A DNA stretch of 64,000 bases, taken from a candidate division WWE3 bacterium. Lineage in GTDB: Bacteria > Patescibacteriota > WWE3 > JAPLWK01. The notes under the pieces are model-generated. The model was given only the letters and a program-made list of their open reading frames with translations. It did no database searches and was not told the origin of the DNA. Positions 58,801 to 64,000 of this stretch are shown in pieces. Made by a program: the position numbers and the translations under genes. Numbering within the stretch: position 1 is the stretch's first letter; each line of letters begins with the position of its first letter. Location of the stretch: the NCBI GenBank assembly GCA_026396615.1, contig JAPLWK010000008.1, positions 9,096 to 73,095 on the forward strand, written 5' to 3'.

Positions 58801-59940
58801 ATGAAAGTAGGAACCTTTATAACACAGCCTGGAGGATTTAAGGCGTTCGTTCCGGAACTCTTTCCTCCACAGGAAGAGGTACCTATGGATATTGGGCTGA
58901 TTAATCTTTTAAACAAAGCTACTCATAGTTTAGGAAAGTTGGACGGTATAACACAAACGTTACCTAATCTCTCATTCTTTATTTTTATGTATGTGAGAAA
59001 AGAGGCGGCGTTGTCCAGTGAGATAGAAGGGACTAGAGCAACGATGATAGATTCTATTAAAGCTGAATTAGAGGAATCAACCGACTTGCCTGATGACGTA
59101 GACGACATATTTCATTATATAAAGGCGATGGACTATGGTTTACAAGCTCTCAGTGATTTACCCTTGTCATTACGGTTAATAAAGGATGTACATAGAGTGC
59201 TGCTTACAGGAGGAAGGCATTCTCAACCTGCTACTCCTGGGGAGTTTAGAAAATCTCAGAATTGGATTGGTGGCGCTACCCCGGATAGTGCAAAATTTGT
59301 TCCGCCCCCTGTTCACGAAATGTTGCGTTCTTTGGGGGAGTTGGAGCTATTCTTAAAAAACGAGGATGGTCCTATACCATCGCTAATTAAGATAGGCTTG
59401 GCTCACGCTCAATTTGAGACAATACATCCTTTTAGAGATGGTAACGGTAGAACTGGTAGACTGCTAGTAACCTTTTACCTATGCGAGCAAGGCGCTTTGG
59501 AGAAACCAGTTCTCTACTTGTCTGAGTTTTTTAAGAAAAACAGAGATTTATATTTTGATTTGCTGAATAATTATCACAACAAAGGAGAAGTTTTACCGTG
59601 GCTTACCTTTTTTCTTGAGGGGGTAACTTCTGTAGCAGAGGCTGCTATTAAAACTTCAAAGAAAATAGATGCTTTGAGGAATAAAGATATAGAGAGAATT
59701 CAGTCCTTCGGTGGCAAATCTACTAAACCTGTTATGGCGGTGCTGAATAAGTTATACGAACTTCCTATTGTGAATGTCTCCAAAGTACAAGAGTGGGCAG
59801 GCTTTTCCTCTCGTTCCAGTGCTAATGAATTAGTGGACAAGTTGGTAAAAGTGGGAATTTTAAAGCAACGAGACGAAAGTAAAGATTATGCTAGAACATT
59901 CGCTTACCAGGAATATCTGGATGCTTTTGCAACCGAGTAA
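58801..59940 (+). CDS. Fic family protein (class II, Fic_N plus Fic)
   Basis: EAALSSEIEGT and HPFRDGNGRTGR. Confidence 0.95.
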   Translation: MKVGTFITQPGGFKAFVPELFPPQEEVPMDIGLINLLNKATHSLGKLDGITQTLPNLSFFIFMYVRKEAALSSEIEGTRATMIDSIKAELEESTDLPDDVDDIFHYIKAMDYGLQALSDLPLSLRLIKDVHRVLLTGGRHSQPATPGEFRKSQNWIGGATPDSAKFVPPPVHEMLRSLGELELFLKNEDGPIPSLIKIGLAHAQFETIHPFRDGNGRTGRLLVTFYLCEQGALEKPVLYLSEFFKKNRDLYFDLLNNYHNKGEVLPWLTFFLEGVTSVAEAAIKTSKKIDALRNKDIERIQSFGGKSTKPVMAVLNKLYELPIVNVSKVQEWAGFSSRSSANELVDKLVKVGILKQRDESKDYARTFAYQEYLDAFATE

Positions 59941-60069
59941 CTTAATTCCCTTTTTTAGTTGGAATAAACACTTACATTTTTATAGTATAACTACTTCAGC
60001 ATACTCCTGAAGGTGTTGGAAGTAATAATTTACAACATAGTTTGCAAGGGCGAGCCATCATTCGATCAA

Positions 60070-60292
60070 AAATCACTCTTAAAACGTCGAGCTGGCTCAA
60101 AACGCCTCCCGAAGTTAGAAAGTTGGATGGCGCTATCTTTGCTGACCGTCTTTACGACCGGGTCTTTATCTTCCGTAACAGCGCCGATTCTTATAAATGT
60201 CTCATTTACATAGACCGAACACCTTCTTAAGATTTAAAAATGTGAGGTATATACTAAGGATCAAGAGGCTTTCGCGGATCCTTAAAGGTTTA
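60070..60292 (+). pseudogene. DUF4256-like C-terminal remnant
   Basis: KTSSWLKTPPEVRKLDGAIFADRLYDRVFIFRNSADSY, then RGFRGSLKV* resumes at ~60264 after an interruption. Confidence 0.65.
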
Positions 60293-61015
60293 ATTTGAGC
60301 TAACTTGCTTCTTTTTCTTCTTCTCTACATACATCGCCGCGTCGGCTTGATGAACTAGATCTGCTAAAGTACAGGGATGATCGGGATCAAATACGGTTAC
60401 TCCAATACTCATAGATAACTTATATTTTAATGTTACTTCTTCGGTAAGACTGGCTATTCGGGAAAGTATGACGGCGGTTCCACTCGATTTACCAAGTGTT
60501 AAGATAGCAAATTCGTCACCACCTAGGCGTGCCACTATATCGGATCCTCTAAATGTTTTCTTTAAAACTGCAGCAGCCGCTTGAATGGCTTCATCACCAA
60601 TCCGGTGACCAAAGGTATCGTTAATTAATTTTAAGTTGTCTAAATCTACAAAAAATAATTCTAAATTTTCCTTAGCCCGGATCGCGTATTTAAGTTGCTG
60701 TTCCGCTAAAATATTAAAGCCCCGCCGATTAGTTAGACCGGTTAAATGATCAATTATTGAAAGGTTTTCTAAACTAACTAGATCACGTCTAATCGGCCGC
60801 ACAATCAATAAATAAAACAGTGGCACCATCAGTATCGCAGTGGCCACACTACTGACTGACATATGCACAAAAGTATTTGGAGAATCAGGCATTACCTGTA
60901 ATAACAGAAATAGTGACAAATTTAGAATAATTACAGCCGCCAAAACAATTAACGAAATTCTAATAAATAATTTAACGCTATTTTTAGTTAGGGGCATAAT
61001 ATAAGGATCTGACAT
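60290..61015 (-). CDS. Membrane-bound diguanylate cyclase (GGDEF)
   Basis: 2 TM, DHLTGLTNRR, INDTFGH..GD and RLGGDEF. Confidence 0.95.
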   Translation of the reverse strand: MSDPYIMPLTKNSVKLFIRISLIVLAAVIILNLSLFLLLQVMPDSPNTFVHMSVSSVATAILMVPLFYLLIVRPIRRDLVSLENLSIIDHLTGLTNRRGFNILAEQQLKYAIRAKENLELFFVDLDNLKLINDTFGHRIGDEAIQAAAAVLKKTFRGSDIVARLGGDEFAILTLGKSSGTAVILSRIASLTEEVTLKYKLSMSIGVTVFDPDHPCTLADLVHQADAAMYVEKKKKKQVSSN

Positions 61016-61061
61016 ATAAATGTTTGACCAGCTTCAATGATCATCGTAGACTAACAGGGAA

Positions 61062-61487
61062 GTGGTGAAAGTTATACAAGCGAATAAAAATTACAGTTGG
61101 TACGCTAAACTTAAAAAGCCCGCCTGGGCCCCACCGTCTTGGCTATTTGGGCCAGTGTGGTCGGTACTATACTTAATTATAGCGGTTACCTTCGGCTTTG
61201 TCTTTTTTAAAGCCTGGCAAGGGCAACTGCCGCGATTTATCGTTATTTCTTTTATTATCAATTTAATTAGTAACCTTATTTTTACTCCGCTACAGTTTGG
61301 ACTGCGCAATAATTTGGCCGCCGCTATAGACATTTTTATAGTGTTATTAAGTTTAGTAGTGAGCCTCAGTTTTATCTACCCCTTTATTCCCCTAATTGCC
61401 TGGTTACTCATTCCCTATCTACTCTGGGTCTCCTTCGCCACAGTTCTTCAGTTGACCGTCACCTATTTAAATTATGGCCAAAAATAA
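61062..61487 (+). CDS. tspO: TspO/MBR family protein
   Basis: WYAKLKKPAWAPPSWLFGPVW and PYLLWVSFA. Confidence 0.92.
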   Translation: MVKVIQANKNYSWYAKLKKPAWAPPSWLFGPVWSVLYLIIAVTFGFVFFKAWQGQLPRFIVISFIINLISNLIFTPLQFGLRNNLAAAIDIFIVLLSLVVSLSFIYPFIPLIAWLLIPYLLWVSFATVLQLTVTYLNYGQK

Positions 61488-61611
61488 TATTGACAAAACA
61501 AGCAAATTAAAAAGGATTAAAGAAATTAGGCTTGAAATTGTTAAAATAATGGCTCAGATTGATGAGAAATCAGCCGCCGAAATCATAAAGCAACTGCGTA
61601 AAAACTTATGA
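61474..61611 (+). CDS. Small basic helical ORF (45 aa, not in ORF track)
   Basis: MAKNNIDK...IKQLRKNL*, ATGA-coupled to the next gene. Confidence 0.45.
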   Translation: MAKNNIDKTSKLKRIKEIRLEIVKIMAQIDEKSAAEIIKQLRKNL

Positions 61612-63656
61612 GCCTCGAAAGTCACAGTGATAATGCAAACGACATTTCTCAGTCAACCGAAGGCCTACCGGATTCCAAGCAGCCCGAGTCAATTAGTATC
61701 CCCTCTTCCAAAACCGAAGATCAGAACGAAATTATTATCCCCACCATCGAAATTGAAACTGGCGAAAAGTTAACTGTAGCGGAACTAGACTTCCAAACCA
61801 CTCAAACAACTAGCCGAGCTGTTTCTGAGGTGGAGGCTACCACAACGTTTGGCCAGGAAAAATCGGCCGAAATTGTTAAGCAGGGCGGTGACCCAACTGT
61901 CGTCGCACCAGAGTTACATAGATTAGAGGAGTTACACCAGGAATTAGCGGATTTAACCATCGAAACACCAGCCACAACTGAATTTAGAACTAAAGTCGGA
62001 GGTAACAAAACCGATGAGATTGAGATTAAGTTAGCAACGGCGGAAGATTTACAAATAGTTGAGCGGGCTGCTTGGATTACCTACACCGCAGAAAGAGCCC
62101 ACAGTTTAGCCGAGGTTAAAAGCCTAAGCGCCCAGGTTCAAGAGATCGCCAAGCAGGATTTCGAAGATGACAATATTTATGACGCTGCCACAGCCGTGGT
62201 GATGCAAGAAGCTCAGTTTATTGCTGCTGCTACCCCATTGACGATTGAAAATGGAGCCACAATTTCTGGTCAAAAACCAGTCAACATTGAGGTATCTAAT
62301 CCTAACGAAACTTTACCAACTCGCCCCACAACTGAAGAGTTAGCGGCCGCTTGGGAACAGATTGACCATACCACTCGCGGAAAACTAGGTGAAGTATTAG
62401 CGTACTTGCAAGATTATGAAGCTGTAGCCACCAACCATTTTGAACCTTACCAAGTAGGCATGCCGGATAGTCGGAGACGCGAGTTGGGACGAAAGTCGTG
62501 GTTTGAAGAAGGGTCTTCAAATCAAATAAAACCAAATTTAGAAAGTAGTTCAAGTGGAATCGTAGCTGAAGTAAAGATAAGCAATCACGAAATTAACTTT
62601 GAAACCGTTAGTCAACATCTTGAAAGTAGCACAACTTACAGTGGCCCAGAAGACAAAAAAGCCTCTAGGCAACTTGAAGCTACCTTAACACTCATGAATA
62701 TGAGCGCACAGGAAAATATAAAGGCAGCGGGGGATTTAATAGCTCAACAAATAGAACTATTTGAAAATAGTTACGGTAACGAGGGGGTAATAGTTTATTT
62801 TAGTGAGGGAGGCGAAGTGCAATCAGCGACTGTTTTTAGCGTTAACAACGAGGTTAATACTCGCCTCAGACTACAGGTAAATAGTTTGTATTTTAATAAT
62901 TCTCCAATTGAAGAACGAGAGCTAGTGCTAATTCACGAGTCCGGACATTTAGCGGATCTTCTAGAAGGAGCAAATGACGAAACCAGTACTGAGTACCACA
63001 TCTTATTGGAAACACGGGCTTTTTATGAAGAGTTAAAAGCATACTCAGATTTACGAAGTAACACCTTTCAAGATGTAAATAGAAATCGAGCGTTAGAATT
63101 AACAGAGCAACTCGGAGGTCTGCAGAATGTCTGCAATATACTAGGCAAATACCATGTTCTTTATCCAGAAGCTAACTTTAGTGAACTCATTAAATTAATG
63201 GAGTCTATCGAGTTAAAACAAAAAAAAGCTGACACTACAGCAACTAATCAATTAGCGTTAAATGATGCCGATGCCGCTAAATATTTTGCTACCTTACCTG
63301 TAGCAACCCCAGCAGAAAATAGCCTAACCATAAGTGTAAACGAAGCTAGTCTCAGTAAAGCCCCGGAAGACGCGACACTACCGCAAAGGCTTTTATCGCA
63401 AGTAGAAATTACCACCGCAGAATTACTGGAACTTAAAGGTAACGAAGCAGTATTTAATTTTATTCGTCGCCTAACCCCGCTTCTACCCACAGACAGTCCC
63501 GAAAGAAACGCTTTAATAAAAAAGGCGCAGTATTTAGATTACTTATTTCATGGTGGAATCGAGTCATATGTTACCAAGAATCCAGGAGAAACAAAGATCG
63601 GGTTAATTCCGCCGGAAGATTTTAACCCCGAGGAAAGTTGGAAATTTACTTATTGA
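61608..63656 (+). CDS. Large acidic hypothetical protein with a zincin-like HExxH
   Basis: LIHESGHL...ETRAF and an acidic low-complexity N-terminus. Confidence 0.7.
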   Translation: MSLESHSDNANDISQSTEGLPDSKQPESISIPSSKTEDQNEIIIPTIEIETGEKLTVAELDFQTTQTTSRAVSEVEATTTFGQEKSAEIVKQGGDPTVVAPELHRLEELHQELADLTIETPATTEFRTKVGGNKTDEIEIKLATAEDLQIVERAAWITYTAERAHSLAEVKSLSAQVQEIAKQDFEDDNIYDAATAVVMQEAQFIAAATPLTIENGATISGQKPVNIEVSNPNETLPTRPTTEELAAAWEQIDHTTRGKLGEVLAYLQDYEAVATNHFEPYQVGMPDSRRRELGRKSWFEEGSSNQIKPNLESSSSGIVAEVKISNHEINFETVSQHLESSTTYSGPEDKKASRQLEATLTLMNMSAQENIKAAGDLIAQQIELFENSYGNEGVIVYFSEGGEVQSATVFSVNNEVNTRLRLQVNSLYFNNSPIEERELVLIHESGHLADLLEGANDETSTEYHILLETRAFYEELKAYSDLRSNTFQDVNRNRALELTEQLGGLQNVCNILGKYHVLYPEANFSELIKLMESIELKQKKADTTATNQLALNDADAAKYFATLPVATPAENSLTISVNEASLSKAPEDATLPQRLLSQVEITTAELLELKGNEAVFNFIRRLTPLLPTDSPERNALIKKAQYLDYLFHGGIESYVTKNPGETKIGLIPPEDFNPEESWKFTY

Positions 63657-63952
63657 TGTATTACGTTTACGCCTTGTATAACTCTAAACATCAGCGCCGC
63701 TATGTGGGCCAAACTAGTAACTTGGCTAAAAGATTAGCCGCACACAACACTCACTCAAGCGAAGGTGCCAAAAGTACCGCCGCTTTTGACGGGTCTTGGC
63801 AGCTTATTTATCAGGAAGCGGTAGCTACTAAATCAGAAGCCTTAAAAAGAGAGCATTACTTAAAGACTTATCAAGGGCGAAAATTAATCACGGCAGAGTT
63901 ATATCGGTGGTTGCTGGGCCGCGAAGCACCCGACCATCCGCAGAAAATTTAG
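63656..63952 (+). CDS. GIY-YIG nuclease (YhbQ/UPF0213-like)
   Basis: YYVYAL..YVGQTSNLAKRLAAHN..EALKREHYLK. Confidence 0.92.
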   Translation: MYYVYALYNSKHQRRYVGQTSNLAKRLAAHNTHSSEGAKSTAAFDGSWQLIYQEAVATKSEALKREHYLKTYQGRKLITAELYRWLLGREAPDHPQKI

Positions 63953-64000
63953 AGCCGTGGCAGGGGCAATCCCAAATTTCGGCCTCACTGTTCCAGCGCA
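63888..64000 (-). CDS. 3' end of a Rieske [2Fe-2S] domain protein (partial, not in ORF track)
   Basis: Minus strand reads RWNSEAEIWDCPCHGSKFSADGRVLRGPATTDITLP*. Confidence 0.85.
   Translation of the reverse strand, partial: RWNSEAEIWDCPCHGSKFSADGRVLRGPATTDITLP

Noticed and set aside
63900-64000. GC-rich end as a structured ncRNA
   Set aside because: It is explained by a minus-strand Rieske-domain coding sequence (CPCHGS).

Overview
This 64-kb window looks like chromosomal DNA of a Patescibacteria (CPR) bacterium, probably Microgenomates/WWE3-like. That assignment is inferred from divergent 16S primer sites, intron-laden and unlinked rRNA genes, an ATP-dependent DNA ligase, a stand-alone 5'-3' exonuclease and a sortase with LPxTG proteins. 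It holds the 5' end of 23S rRNA and, ~24.5 kb away, a 16S gene with two introns: a group I intron after U793 and a group II intron after A1398, each with a LAGLIDADG ORF. There are eight tRNA or tRNA-like genes, several atypical: Ile-UAU, a Pro-like body with an Ala anticodon, a G1-C72 Gln, and an initiator with aberrant D/T loops. Housekeeping genes include radA, PIN/TRAM, mnmA, DNA ligase, lgt, DsbA, trxB, trpS and ftsH. Accessory content includes envelope glycosylation genes, an AbiE toxin-antitoxin pair, two Fic genes and a decayed tRNA-Asn-integrated element. The most unusual items are three. (1) A dense set of small repeats: ~22 GTCATT-type REPs, GTAG-type REP doublets, heptamer tracts, and a 9-nt-period C-rich tract that is always on the + strand and sits in frame inside conserved genes of both orientations. 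(2) An orphan protein / Ser-Thr kinase / PP2C operon behind tandem promoters and a boxA-like leader. (3) A self-contained operon of two identity-discordant tRNAs. All calls come from reading motifs by eye; no database searches were run.
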